A program made the translations under genes and the position numbers. From positions 256,001-320,000 of the forward strand of contig JAWBYA010000001.1 in assembly GCA_038867615.1 (NCBI GenBank): 64,000 nt of DNA, written 5' to 3'. The stretch is from Sulfolobales archaeon. GTDB lineage: Archaea > Thermoproteota > Thermoprotei_A > Sulfolobales > AG1. Below the pieces are notes generated by a model, which saw only the letters and a program-made list of their open reading frames with translations, was not told the origin of the DNA and did not search any database. Positions 21,856-31,556 of this stretch are shown in pieces (positions within the stretch are counted from its first letter, which is position 1; the number at the start of each line of letters is the position of its first letter).

Positions 21856-22467
21856 TCAGTGCGTGAATTCTATATTATCAACACTCCTAACAATCCTGCC
21901 TTTATAGAGGAAATCAACCTGCCTCAAAGCAGCATATAGATCGAACTGGGTTAGTGCAGAGATCCCGTCTATAGGGACAACTATATCGAACCATCTTAGA
22001 GCAGCACTACCAGCTGTGTGGAGAACACAGATGTTAGCCACGGTTCCCGTTATTATGAGCACATCCCTCCTCAACACCCTTGAGAGGAGATGCTCTAGCT
22101 GTGTTCCGTAGAATGCATCATACCTCAGCTTCTTAATAACAATATCACCCTCAATGGGTTTGAGCTCCTCAACGATCTCTGCCCCCCATGTTTCTGCAAC
22201 AGCATGCTCCCCCCAGATCCTGAACTCAGGGTCTTCCTTCATATGCCAATCCTGTGTATAGATCACAGGTACCCCATGGATCCTAGCCCTGTTTATAAGC
22301 CTAGCTATGTTCGCTATGGTTTTGGGGGCATCGGGTACGAATAACCTTCCCCTGGGGTGGGCGAAGTCGTTCTGCATATCAACGACTATAACTGCTGCTC
22401 TAGCCGGGTCTATGCTCACCTTCTCATGGATCGTGATCTCTGGTAACTGAATACTCTGGGGAAGCAT
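21856..22467 (-). CDS. Isochorismatase/nicotinamidase family cysteine hydrolase
   Basis: VDMQNDF, QDWH, KLRYDAF, GTVANICV. Confidence 0.92.
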   Translation of the reverse strand: MLPQSIQLPEITIHEKVSIDPARAAVIVVDMQNDFAHPRGRLFVPDAPKTIANIARLINRARIHGVPVIYTQDWHMKEDPEFRIWGEHAVAETWGAEIVEELKPIEGDIVIKKLRYDAFYGTQLEHLLSRVLRRDVLIITGTVANICVLHTAGSAALRWFDIVVPIDGISALTQFDLYAALRQVDFLYKGRIVRSVDNIEFTH

Positions 22468-22526
22468 AGAACCACCATAGTGAACATGTGTTCGCAACTT
22501 ATAAGTTAATAATAACAACATCGAGG

Positions 22527-23546
22527 TTATATGGGTGAGAGCCTCCCCAACCTCTTCTCAAGAATACGTGGGATTGTTTTCAACACATCATCAAGAGTAG
22601 CCTTGAGAGAGGCTACAGCTGCTAGCCTATGACCTCCCCAACCTCCACCATAGACATCTGCGAGCTCTCCCAGGATTAATTCCCCTAACCCCATCTCTCT
22701 ACAAACCTCCTCCGAACATCTGGCAACGACTCTCACGAGACCATCCTTCTCCGAGAGTACTAGAGCTATATCGCACCCAGCCCCCATTAGAACCTGGGCT
22801 GACGACGCCTCGTAAGCCCCTACATGGGTTATGCATACGAGCACATTATCCCCGGATCTATATGCTGTGAGCCTTGACATCGATTTAAGCCTAGCTATCC
22901 TCTCGCTAATCTCAAGGGGTCTTTTTATGAGCCTCAATGCATCCTGTATCCTTGCACCCTGCGTCATAAGGAACCTGGTTGCCTCGATAGCTGCGAGCGA
23001 GGCTATAGATAGCGATCTTGTGTCATAGAGTATCCCGGCCAAGATCATGTTGGCAGCATCACCCGAGCTAATCTCGATAGAGAGCTCCTCTAGCATTAGT
23101 GTGCAGAGCTCTGTTGTGGATGAGGCGCCGCCCTCTATAATCCTCCTCGCTCCCGGTGATTGTTCGGGGGATATATGATGATCTATTATGTATATGTCTC
23201 TAAATACACCGCACTCCACAGGAGATCTTGAGCATGAGGGTGTGTCAACAAGGACAAGAACCCATGCGTCATTACCAACCCTTCCTGGGCACTCCTCTAT
23301 ATAGCCTTTTGAAACCATGCTCTGGAAAAGAGGCTTCGATATAAGGTCTAAACCGCCCTCTGTGACAAAGCATGCGGGCTTGCCAGAGGATCTCAGGGCT
23401 ATGAGGGAAATCGAGAGTGCTGAGGATATAGAATCAGGATCCGCTGATGGATGTGACGTTACCGCTATTCTTTTTACCCTCGAGACCTCCCACAGCTCCC
23501 TCCCTAGATCTCTTAATTCTCTCCTCAGCCTCGCCAAATCCAGCAT
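22527..23546 (-). CDS. DHH family phosphoesterase
   Basis: HPSADPDS, VDT, IIDHH, GILYDT, GGGHRLAA. Confidence 0.92.
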   Translation of the reverse strand: MLDLARLRRELRDLGRELWEVSRVKRIAVTSHPSADPDSISSALSISLIALRSSGKPACFVTEGGLDLISKPLFQSMVSKGYIEECPGRVGNDAWVLVLVDTPSCSRSPVECGVFRDIYIIDHHISPEQSPGARRIIEGGASSTTELCTLMLEELSIEISSGDAANMILAGILYDTRSLSIASLAAIEATRFLMTQGARIQDALRLIKRPLEISERIARLKSMSRLTAYRSGDNVLVCITHVGAYEASSAQVLMGAGCDIALVLSEKDGLVRVVARCSEEVCREMGLGELILGELADVYGGGWGGHRLAAVASLKATLDDVLKTIPRILEKRLGRLSPI

Positions 23547-23784
23547 CGATCACCTCGTCAACTATTCTAAAAAACGTCTTATCATCAAGCGGGGCCGGTG
23601 AGAACACCTGAAGATCTATCCCGAGATCTATACCCCCATCCCTTGATCTCGCCACCTTTATTGCCACAACATATTGAGCCTTTTTACCAAGCCTTCTCTC
23701 AATCTCCTTCCCCACTCTATCCTCAACAGCTATTGCTAGATCCTCTAGAGATGATCCGCTAGCCTCCTCCGCCCTTTCTTCCAT
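23434..23784 (-). CDS. Hypothetical protein (DUF3194-like)
   Basis: Small acidic ORF between prefoldin beta and DHH, a familiar archaeal gene order; family call tentative. Confidence 0.55.
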   Translation of the reverse strand: MEERAEEASGSSLEDLAIAVEDRVGKEIERRLGKKAQYVVAIKVARSRDGGIDLGIDLQVFSPAPLDDKTFFRIVDEVIDAGFGEAEERIKRSREGAVGGLEGKKNSGNVTSISGS

Positions 23785-24133
23785 AGTATCTTCCCATGAT
23801 CTCGTTAACCCTTGCCTCAAGATCCCTTATCTCAGAGCTTATACTAGACTCCTGCCTCTCAAGAGCCCTAAGCCTGAGCTCAAGTATATCCTTCCTATCA
23901 CTCAGCTCCTTCTCAGCGTCTTCCTTACTAACCCTCACCATGAGATGCCCAGCACTCTTGAATATAAGGGCATCGGGAGCAGCTCCCTTGAGGAGTTCAA
24001 GAGCTCTCTCAACTTCTTTCAGCTCGGCCTGAACAACACCCTTCTCAGCCTGAACCTGTCCAAGCTTCGCCCTAAGTTGCTGTAGCTTCACCGCATACTG
24101 CTCAAGCTCCGGTGGGACAACCTCCGCCAACAC
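23759..24133 (-). CDS. pfdB: Prefoldin subunit beta
   Basis: VPPEL, coiled coils, IFKSAGHLMV hairpin. Confidence 0.93.
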   Translation of the reverse strand: MLAEVVPPELEQYAVKLQQLRAKLGQVQAEKGVVQAELKEVERALELLKGAAPDALIFKSAGHLMVRVSKEDAEKELSDRKDILELRLRALERQESSISSEIRDLEARVNEIMGRYYGRKGGGG

Positions 24134-24331
24134 ATACCCCTGTATAGTAGCATATGAACCCTTATTTTTTCAATTTTTCATTCCATAGAAGATCGGTAGA
24201 CCTTGCTGGAAGCCCTTCCCGGTATTTATAGCTATATAGAGACCTTCGCATTGAGCATAGCTATTGTTTTAACAAAGCCAAGGTTTATTGGTCTTGTGTT
24301 TCTGACCATTGTTTCCACGGGATCTTCGATG

Positions 24332-25174
24332 CTATCTCTTTATATAGGGCTTGAACTCATAGTCGATCTTCATTATATCGTCTGTATATAGCCTCCACCC
24401 CATAGATCCTGCCAGCTCTTCAACATGCTCTTTAGAAGTAGCCCTTGGTATTGGTACTAGTGTGCTCCACTTCTGATACCAGTTAAGGGCTATCTGGAGC
24501 GGTGTTTTCCCATACCTAGCTCCTATCTCCTTCAAAACCTGGTTTGATGATAATGCCCCTTTATCGAGGGGTGTGTATGCTAGGTATAGTATCCCCTCTT
24601 TCTCGCAATACGGTATTACATCGATCTCGTCTCCTCTGTTTGTGAGGCTATATCTATTCTCAACAACAGCTATATCCGTGTGGCTTAGTAGGGATCTAGC
24701 CTCCTCTATCTGGCTCAGGCTGAAGTTAGAAACCCCTATGCTCCTCACCAGCCCCTCCCTCCACAGATCCTCCAGAACCCTTAGAGCTTCTCTCAGGGGT
24801 GTGTCTTTCTCGAGCCAGTGTATTAGATATGAATCCACATATTCGAGACCAAGTCTCGAGAGGGAGCCTCTGAGCGATTTATAGATCGAGTCTCTATCCC
24901 TCAGATTGCGGGGATGTATCTTGGTAACTATAAAGAGATCCTCTCTACGGCCTCCCCAAACCTTTATAGCCTTGCCAACAACCTCTTCAGCAAAACCATC
25001 GCTATAGATCTCTGCTGTATCGATCAAAGTAATCCCTAGCTGAAAAGCCCTCACAACCCCCTCAACCCATATAGATTCAAGAGACCTATCAGTCCTCCTA
25101 CCCCCTGTCCCCAACCCTATTGGTGGAACACTCCTACCAAGCTTGGGTATATACTTCTGCTCCAAAGACATCAC
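24332..25174 (-). CDS. Aldo/keto reductase
   Basis: IDTAEIY, VTKI, YLIHW, IGVSNF, AYTPL. Confidence 0.93.
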   Translation of the reverse strand: MMSLEQKYIPKLGRSVPPIGLGTGGRRTDRSLESIWVEGVVRAFQLGITLIDTAEIYSDGFAEEVVGKAIKVWGGRREDLFIVTKIHPRNLRDRDSIYKSLRGSLSRLGLEYVDSYLIHWLEKDTPLREALRVLEDLWREGLVRSIGVSNFSLSQIEEARSLLSHTDIAVVENRYSLTNRGDEIDVIPYCEKEGILYLAYTPLDKGALSSNQVLKEIGARYGKTPLQIALNWYQKWSTLVPIPRATSKEHVEELAGSMGWRLYTDDIMKIDYEFKPYIKR

Positions 25175-25341
25175 CGAGGTAGTAATTTAAGGCATATAAT
25201 AAGCAGGGATCTCAAAACAAGAACATATGATCGTATCTATGATATTATCAAGTATACAGCAAACACTTAGCCAAACTAAACACGGGTTGGACATGCCGGC
25301 ATGATAAATAAGGACACTCTATATAATACCTTGGTGGTCTT

Positions 25342-26106
25342 CTGAGAATTGCTGCAGCATCCTGGAGCGGGGGGAAGGATTCCTATCTAGCCTTCCACAG
25401 CGCTTATGAGAAGGGATTAAGGATCCTCTATACGATCCACATGCATGTTGAAGACATGGTATCATATCACGGACCTCTAGACATCATAATGGCTCAGCAA
25501 GCCTCACTCAACACAATTGGGATTGTGAGAAGAACAACCTGGGGCGAGTATGAGAAGCATTTTAAAGAGATACTTGCAGGTCTCAAGAGAATCGGTGTTG
25601 AGGCAGCCGTATTTGGCGACATATATATCGAGGATCATAGACTGTGGGTTGAAAGAGTATGCAGAGAGATAGGGATCGAGGCTCTAGAACCCCTATGGGG
25701 ATTCAATAGTCTCGAAAACGTTAGAAGGGCTCTAAACATGGGTGTTAAAGCCCTGATCGTGAGGGTTCATGATAGAGAGCCTCTCTCAAAACATGTTGGG
25801 CGTGTATTGGATGGAGAGGTGATAGAGGATCTCGTAAGGGAGGGAATAGACCCCTCGGGAGAGCACGGCGAATACCACACAATAGTCCTCGACGCTCCCC
25901 TCTTCAGATATAGGGTAGAGATCGTTGAGGGAAGGATAGAGATCCTTAGCGGAAAGATGGCTGATAGAACCTATAGATATAGAGTGTTTATTCCAACAAA
26001 ATACAGGGTTGTTGATAAGCACGAGGGCTTCAAAAGAGCTTCTCAAGAACAAAAGCTACATAACACCCATCCCCAGAGGCTTCTACGTCCCTCAACAAAA
26101 ACCTAG
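25342..26106 (+). CDS. Diphthine--ammonia ligase family PP-loop ATPase
   Basis: In-frame SWSGGKDS upstream of the tracked ATG; FGDI, EPLW, DPSGEHGEYHT.V.DAPLF. Probable non-canonical start. Confidence 0.88.
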   Translation: MRIAAASWSGGKDSYLAFHSAYEKGLRILYTIHMHVEDMVSYHGPLDIIMAQQASLNTIGIVRRTTWGEYEKHFKEILAGLKRIGVEAAVFGDIYIEDHRLWVERVCREIGIEALEPLWGFNSLENVRRALNMGVKALIVRVHDREPLSKHVGRVLDGEVIEDLVREGIDPSGEHGEYHTIVLDAPLFRYRVEIVEGRIEILSGKMADRTYRYRVFIPTKYRVVDKHEGFKRASQEQKLHNTHPQRLLRPSTKT

Positions 26107-26165
26107 TATGGGTCTACCCTATCTATAGCGTGTGAATATATGATATAAAAAGATCTATTTGGTCT

Positions 26166-26660
26166 TTACTTAGCGGTCTGTCCTTTCTTAAGTTTCTCTA
26201 AAACCCTCTCTACCTCATTATAGTCAGGCTCTACCCTCGGATCTTCTGAGACCCATTTATACACAACAACACCCTTAGGATCTATTATGAACACCGCTCT
26301 CTTAGCCAGCCTCTTAAGCCCTAGCCCGAGAAGGTCTGGCATCACTACACCGTATTTCTCTATAACCTCCCTGTTATAGTCGCTCAGCAGTGTGAAGTTA
26401 AGCCTATTAACCTCTTTAAACACTCTTAGAACAAACGGGCTGTCAACACTTATACCTATCACTTCAGCGTCTAGACCCTCAAGCTTAGCCATTCTGTCTC
26501 TAAATGTGCACATCTCCCTTGTACATACCTCGGTAAATGCTCCTGGAAAGAAGGCTAGCACAACAAACCTACCCTTTGCCAGGAACTCTGAGAGGCTTCT
26601 CTTCTTAAGCGTTGTGTCTAAGAGTTCGAAGTCAGGCGCCTTCTCACCGACCTGAACCAC
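26166..26660 (-). CDS. Peroxiredoxin (BCP/AhpC-TSA family)
   Basis: FFPGAFTEVCTREMC, GISVDS, LLSD, RAVFIID. Confidence 0.93.
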   Translation of the reverse strand: MVQVGEKAPDFELLDTTLKKRSLSEFLAKGRFVVLAFFPGAFTEVCTREMCTFRDRMAKLEGLDAEVIGISVDSPFVLRVFKEVNRLNFTLLSDYNREVIEKYGVVMPDLLGLGLKRLAKRAVFIIDPKGVVVYKWVSEDPRVEPDYNEVERVLEKLKKGQTAK

Positions 26661-26924
26661 TAGATTTTCACCTCATCACTTTCGTATGAAGCCTTATATA
26701 TACTCCTAACCAGCTAACCAGCATTTCACGAGGATCCAGCATCTCTAAGCGCATAATCCTTATAGAGACACATAGCTATTCTTCCACATAGCAGCAGACC
26801 TGAGGGTTATGAGGAGGATTGGGCTGTTTTCTTTTTGATATATATAAGGAGGATTAATAGGTTTTGGAAATTTTCATTGATATAGGGGCAATGCCTGTGG
26901 GCTGCTTTCCTGCTAACACCCAGG

Positions 26925-27161
26925 GGTATTTATAGTCCTTGAAATGTATTACCCCCAGTGTGGATCTTTCCCCACAAGCCCTAGACGGGAGCAGCGCTCC
27001 AATCCATCCGGAGCTTATCCTAGATGGGATCCACATGCCCTTTGGCTCGACGGTCGCCCATGACCCCGCAGGATCAGAGATCCGAGATCCTGAGGGTGGA
27101 GACGAAAACCCCTGGATGTGACCATGAATAAAATGAGTGGAATGAAGATCCGGGGACAAAC
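26925..27161 (-). repeat. 237-bp non-coding repeat, copy 2, divergent from cas6
   Basis: Reverse complement matches 18565-18801 at about 94.5% without gaps. Confidence 0.9.
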
Positions 27162-27247
27162 TGTGTCATATTATGCATGAAGTACAGTGTTCGCTGTGTT
27201 GTTGGGAATCGAAATATTATGGAATTTGGAATAATTATTGAGGGGCT

Positions 27248-28219
27248 ATGGAGGGTTCCGGCGAGAACTCAGGAGGGGCTTGGCATGTTGGGGATTTTCT
27301 AGTAAATATTTATTTGAGCCTGACTCCTGTTCGTGACGTGATCCTACCCCCTCTCAGCTCTAAGGTTATTAAGAATTTAATAGATTCTGGGAGCTTTCTC
27401 AAGGGTTTGGGGACTCTTAGTTCTTCAAAGGATCACTATAAGCCTTTCTTCATATCATGTCTCTATAGGGCTGATGGTAAGAGGCTATATAGAGTTCATG
27501 GCAAGAAGGGCTATGATAGTCTGTTAACTGCTAGGGGTGGGGAGCATCTCATGGCGAGGGTGTCTGCTGTTGTGCCGAGGGACGTTATAGGTGATTTGCT
27601 AGGCATTGGGAGAGGGGGTTTTGAGACGAGCTATGGCTCTTTTAATGTTGTTTTCGACAAGATCGAGGTTATAGATCTTAGGGAGCTCAGGCTCGACCTC
27701 TCAAGGGGTCTTGTTATGGTTTTTAAAACACCTGTTATCCTATCCCCGAAGATTATTCTACCACCGCTGAAGAAGATCATGGATAAGTATGGTAAAACGA
27801 AGATCGGTCATCTAACGCTACCAGTACCTGGGTTGATCTTTGCACATGCTCTCAGACTATGGAATAGATCTGTGCCGGAGGATCTTAGGTTAACGAGGCC
27901 GAATGATAAGGATGATATATACTCATACAGAGCTGCAGTGATGGGTACAGCTTTAACCGAGGTGGTGGATCACAAAACCTGGACCGAGACAGTAATTCTA
28001 GGGAAGAATGAGAAAGGGGTTCTTAGAAAGACCAGAGGGTTTAGAGGGTATATTGTTATGAATATAAAGCACAAGATCACTAGGAGGGCTATGGAGAGGG
28101 CGCTAGCCCTAGCCAAATACCTGGGGATTGGGAGGGGTAGGGGTATAGGTCTTGGCGAGGTAGAGATCGATCTTAGGGTTGAGAGAGGAGGGACCGAGCT
28201 GGGTAGCGAGGGTATCTAG
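27248..28219 (+). CDS. cas6: CRISPR-associated endoribonuclease Cas6 (solitary)
   Basis: LPPLSSKVIK, KPFFISCL, FKTP, RGFRGY and the C-terminal G-loop LGIGRGRGIGLGEV. Confidence 0.88.
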   Translation: MEGSGENSGGAWHVGDFLVNIYLSLTPVRDVILPPLSSKVIKNLIDSGSFLKGLGTLSSSKDHYKPFFISCLYRADGKRLYRVHGKKGYDSLLTARGGEHLMARVSAVVPRDVIGDLLGIGRGGFETSYGSFNVVFDKIEVIDLRELRLDLSRGLVMVFKTPVILSPKIILPPLKKIMDKYGKTKIGHLTLPVPGLIFAHALRLWNRSVPEDLRLTRPNDKDDIYSYRAAVMGTALTEVVDHKTWTETVILGKNEKGVLRKTRGFRGYIVMNIKHKITRRAMERALALAKYLGIGRGRGIGLGEVEIDLRVERGGTELGSEGI

Positions 28220-28224
28220 GGATT

Positions 28225-29991
28225 TTATTCGACCTCCACCACGAGATCCACGATCCTTCTCTCTAGAACGCGGTATAAACCCATGTAGGTCACCCTTATC
28301 TCGGGTATCACGGTCAGGCTTAGCAGTTGTATCTCTTGCAACAGCCCCTCAGGATCTTCTGCACCGTGTTCTCTAAGTGTTCTGAAAAGCCCTCCCAGTT
28401 CTGAGGCCACCTCATAATGGCTTTTCGTCGACATGAGCCCCGCTATCCTTAGCTCGATGGAAGCCTCTACCTTAGATCTGTGTGTAAATACTATGCCCCC
28501 GCCAAGTTTTATAGTGGCTTCGATAGCGCTTGTAATGTCTTCTAAAGAGCTCCCAACAGCTATTATGTTGTGGGAGTCGTGGGCTATGCTTGAAGCTATA
28601 GCCCCTTCTATTGGTATATCTACACCAACCCCTGTATAGCTATGCCCGCTTCCATATCTATTAACAACAGATACATATACGACCCCATCGTCAAGGTTTT
28701 TAGCACCGCACTCAAGCCTAACCCTTTCTTCCTTTGTAAGGGTTGTCCCGTGGATCGGTCTCACGGCTCTCACAACAGCTTCTTCACATCCTTTAGGTAG
28801 ATCCAGCGATATTCTTAGATGCGGCGGTGCCTTAATGCTATTGGTTATGATAGGCTCTGATAGAGCTATGGGGTCTTCGTGCCCCAAGTATTTGTGATTC
28901 CTCGCCACGAGTGCTCCATCTACATATACCTCTTCAACAGAGACTTTCTCGAGATCGTTGATCAATATTAGATCTGCATATCTACCAGGAGCTATGGATC
29001 CGAGCCATCTGTGAAGACCGTAGAGGATCGCTGGGGCTATTGTTGCGCTTGCAATAGCCTTCACAGGATCTACGCCGAGCTCTATAGCCCTCCTAACCGC
29101 TCTATCCATATGCCCCTCCCTGGCTATGTGTAGGCAGTGTATATCGTCTGTAGCTATGGGGACTATGTGTGGAAACCTATCTATAGCTCTATAGAGTCTC
29201 TCTAGATCCCTCCAGCTAGAGCCATACCTAACAATAGGGATCATCCCCTTAGAAAGCCTCTCAGAGAGCTCCTCCCAAGATGTAACCTCATGATCATTGC
29301 TTATCCCCAGCGAGATATATGCATCGAGATCCTCACCACTTAGTCCCGCGGCATGGCCCTGGACAATCTGCCTCATAGCTAGCCTTGAGGAGTATTCGAG
29401 GAAAACGTTATCGCCATCGAGCAGGGAGCCTGTGTCCATTATCTCGCCAACGCCGGAGAATCTATCCACATTACCGAGGATCTCGTCATACTTTATCACG
29501 GCCCCACCACGATCAGGAGATCTAAGGCTTGCAGGCACGTTGGGGGGTATTAATAGGAACACCTTGAGGGGTGTTCCGCTGAGCTCTCTAGCCATATACT
29601 CCACACCAGCTAGCCCTGCTACATTAGCTATCTCGTGCGGGTCTGCGAAAACAGTGGTTGTGCCCCTCGAGAGAACCGCTTTGGAGAACTCAGCAGGTCT
29701 GAGGAGTGTGCTCTCTATATGGGTGTGGGCATCTATGAAACCAGGGGCGAGGGTTTTGCCACGCGCATCTATCTCTCTAGTATAGATCCCTCTAGATCTT
29801 CGACATCTACCTACACAGGCTATTATCCTCCCCTTAATAGCTATATTAATATGTTCGATCACATCTCCTCTCCATACATCAACCACAGAGGCGTTTGTTA
29901 TAACCAGATCGGCTGGTTCAAGCCCTAAAGAGGATCTCGAGGCCCTAGCCAACTCCTCGGGCTTGGGCCTAATATCGGCGAGCACAGGCAA
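28225..29991 (-). CDS. ade: Adenine deaminase
   Basis: PGFIDAHTHIES, DPHEIANV, GHA, NDHE, ATDD, SSIAHDSHN, IAGLMS, LSLTVIPE. Confidence 0.94.
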   Translation of the reverse strand: MPVLADIRPKPEELARASRSSLGLEPADLVITNASVVDVWRGDVIEHINIAIKGRIIACVGRCRRSRGIYTREIDARGKTLAPGFIDAHTHIESTLLRPAEFSKAVLSRGTTTVFADPHEIANVAGLAGVEYMARELSGTPLKVFLLIPPNVPASLRSPDRGGAVIKYDEILGNVDRFSGVGEIMDTGSLLDGDNVFLEYSSRLAMRQIVQGHAAGLSGEDLDAYISLGISNDHEVTSWEELSERLSKGMIPIVRYGSSWRDLERLYRAIDRFPHIVPIATDDIHCLHIAREGHMDRAVRRAIELGVDPVKAIASATIAPAILYGLHRWLGSIAPGRYADLILINDLEKVSVEEVYVDGALVARNHKYLGHEDPIALSEPIITNSIKAPPHLRISLDLPKGCEEAVVRAVRPIHGTTLTKEERVRLECGAKNLDDGVVYVSVVNRYGSGHSYTGVGVDIPIEGAIASSIAHDSHNIIAVGSSLEDITSAIEATIKLGGGIVFTHRSKVEASIELRIAGLMSTKSHYEVASELGGLFRTLREHGAEDPEGLLQEIQLLSLTVIPEIRVTYMGLYRVLERRIVDLVVEVE

Positions 29992-30175
29992 CAGAGCTCC
30001 TCTACTGTTATTATATGAGAAGTGCTTAAAAATACCAAAGCATTGCCGAATCAAAATACCGATATTTATATACATATGTGTAAAAAAGATGCCTGGGACG
30101 CAGGATCCCGGGTGTTGGTAAACATATCGTGTAGAATATATATTTCTCTAACAAGTATATCTTTGGGATGGCTAT

Positions 30176-30553
30176 ATGCCCACGCTGGATACAATGCTAA
30201 TCCTCGGGCTCATAGTCTTACTCCTCGTGCTAGGTCCTACAAAGCTACCCCAGTTTGCCAAAGCTATTGGAGAGGCTGTGAGGGAGTTTAGAAGGGCATC
30301 ATCCGCCGTTATCGAGGAGCCTCAGCCGCAGAGGGAGGCGTCGAGGGCCCAGCAACCGCATCATGTGCAGCAAACTCAAGAGGCACAGCAAGCCCAGGCA
30401 CCAGCTTCAACAGAGATCGATACCAATAATGCTATTGTTGCGGCCGCCATAAAGGAGGGTATAGATGTTAGGGGTAAGTCTATAGAGCAGATAGCAGAGG
30501 AGCTTGCCAAGAAGCTTAAGGAGAAAAAGGCTGCTGGAGCTAGCTATATGTAG
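30176..30553 (+). CDS. tatA: Twin-arginine translocase TatA/E subunit
   Basis: TM helix, then GPTKLPQFAKAIGEAVREFRRA amphipathic helix. Confidence 0.92.
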   Translation: MPTLDTMLILGLIVLLLVLGPTKLPQFAKAIGEAVREFRRASSAVIEEPQPQREASRAQQPHHVQQTQEAQQAQAPASTEIDTNNAIVAAAIKEGIDVRGKSIEQIAEELAKKLKEKKAAGASYM

Positions 30554-30617
30554 GGTTAGATTCCTAGCTATATGTGTGTTTTTAGCTCTTATAGTGATTA
30601 CTAACAGGTGTTGAGGG

Positions 30618-31082
30618 ATAAAGAGGATCCCGATAAGGGTTGGTGTTGGAGCGGTTGTTATACATAACGGGAATGTCTTGCTGGTGAAGAGGAGAAATCC
30701 CCCCTCTGCTAATATGTGGAGCATCCCAGGAGGGCATGTAGAGCCTGGCGAGGGTGTTATGGAAGCAGCTGTTAGGGAGCTGTTGGAGGAGACAGGCGTT
30801 GTTGGGAAACCCCTGGGCATTATAGATATCACGGATCTCTTTGTGAAGAATCGGAGGGGAGATCTGGCTGTGAGGTATATTATAATAGATGTTCTTGTCG
30901 AGCCTGTCAAGATAGATCTCAAGCCCGGGAGCGATGCTCTCGACGCTATCTTCATACCCCTTGACAGGGTTTTGGAAATGGATCTCACACCCTCTACTAG
31001 GAGGTTTTTCGAGAAAATGCTCTCTCGAGGTTCGTGCTCTATAGAGCCTTCTGAGGTATATATAGTTGAGGAGATTTTCTAA
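30618..31082 (+). CDS. Nudix hydrolase (ADP-ribose pyrophosphatase-like)
   Basis: Nudix box GGHVEPGEGVMEAAVRELLEETGV; in-frame RVGVGAVV lies upstream of the tracked start. Confidence 0.9.
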   Translation: MKRIPIRVGVGAVVIHNGNVLLVKRRNPPSANMWSIPGGHVEPGEGVMEAAVRELLEETGVVGKPLGIIDITDLFVKNRRGDLAVRYIIIDVLVEPVKIDLKPGSDALDAIFIPLDRVLEMDLTPSTRRFFEKMLSRGSCSIEPSEVYIVEEIF

Positions 31083-31489
31083 CCCACACTATATCCCGTA
31101 TCTTCGCAAATCCTTCTGAGGTTCTCTACGCTTGTTACTAGGAAGCCTTCTCCTGAGTCTTCGTATATAACCTCGAAACCTATTTCGGATAGAAGATCTG
31201 GTTTGGTCTCGAGGGCTTTCTTAAGGGCGTCTGTGAATCTTGGGAAGCTCTCCGTAGATCTGTATGATTGGAATAACCCATATAGAGAGATCTTGATGCT
31301 CTTCTGACCAGTTATGGCTATATAGTCGAGTATATCTCTGCACCTCCTAGAGAGATACAGCTTTATGGTCTCTATGACAATAACACCCGGATCCTCGGTG
31401 CTCTGTTCATCCCCGCCCAGTCCTGCACCAATGCTCACTAGCAAACCCCTGATCTCTTTGTGAACATGCTTATATAGATCCTGCTCCAC
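31079..31489 (-). CDS. Hypothetical protein
   Basis: 136-aa ORF filling the gap between convergent genes. Confidence 0.65.
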   Translation of the reverse strand: MEQDLYKHVHKEIRGLLVSIGAGLGGDEQSTEDPGVIVIETIKLYLSRRCRDILDYIAITGQKSIKISLYGLFQSYRSTESFPRFTDALKKALETKPDLLSEIGFEVIYEDSGEGFLVTSVENLRRICEDTGYSVG

Positions 31490-31556
31490 GGATCCTTGGA
31501 ATTAATCGAAATACCATAGCGGCTGTATTATATTTCGGACTAGCACCATATTATCG

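Noticed and set aside
23434-23546. 113-bp same-strand overlap of the DUF3194-like ORF and the DHH gene as programmed recoding
   Set aside because: Both frames are intact; stop-codon drift in a compact operon explains it.
26632-26690. GTGATGA...CTGA on the minus strand as a C/D sRNA
   Set aside because: It coincides with the Shine-Dalgarno and first codons of the peroxiredoxin gene.
26700-27247. CRISPR array next to cas6
   Set aside because: No regularly spaced 24-37 bp direct repeats were found here or elsewhere in the window.
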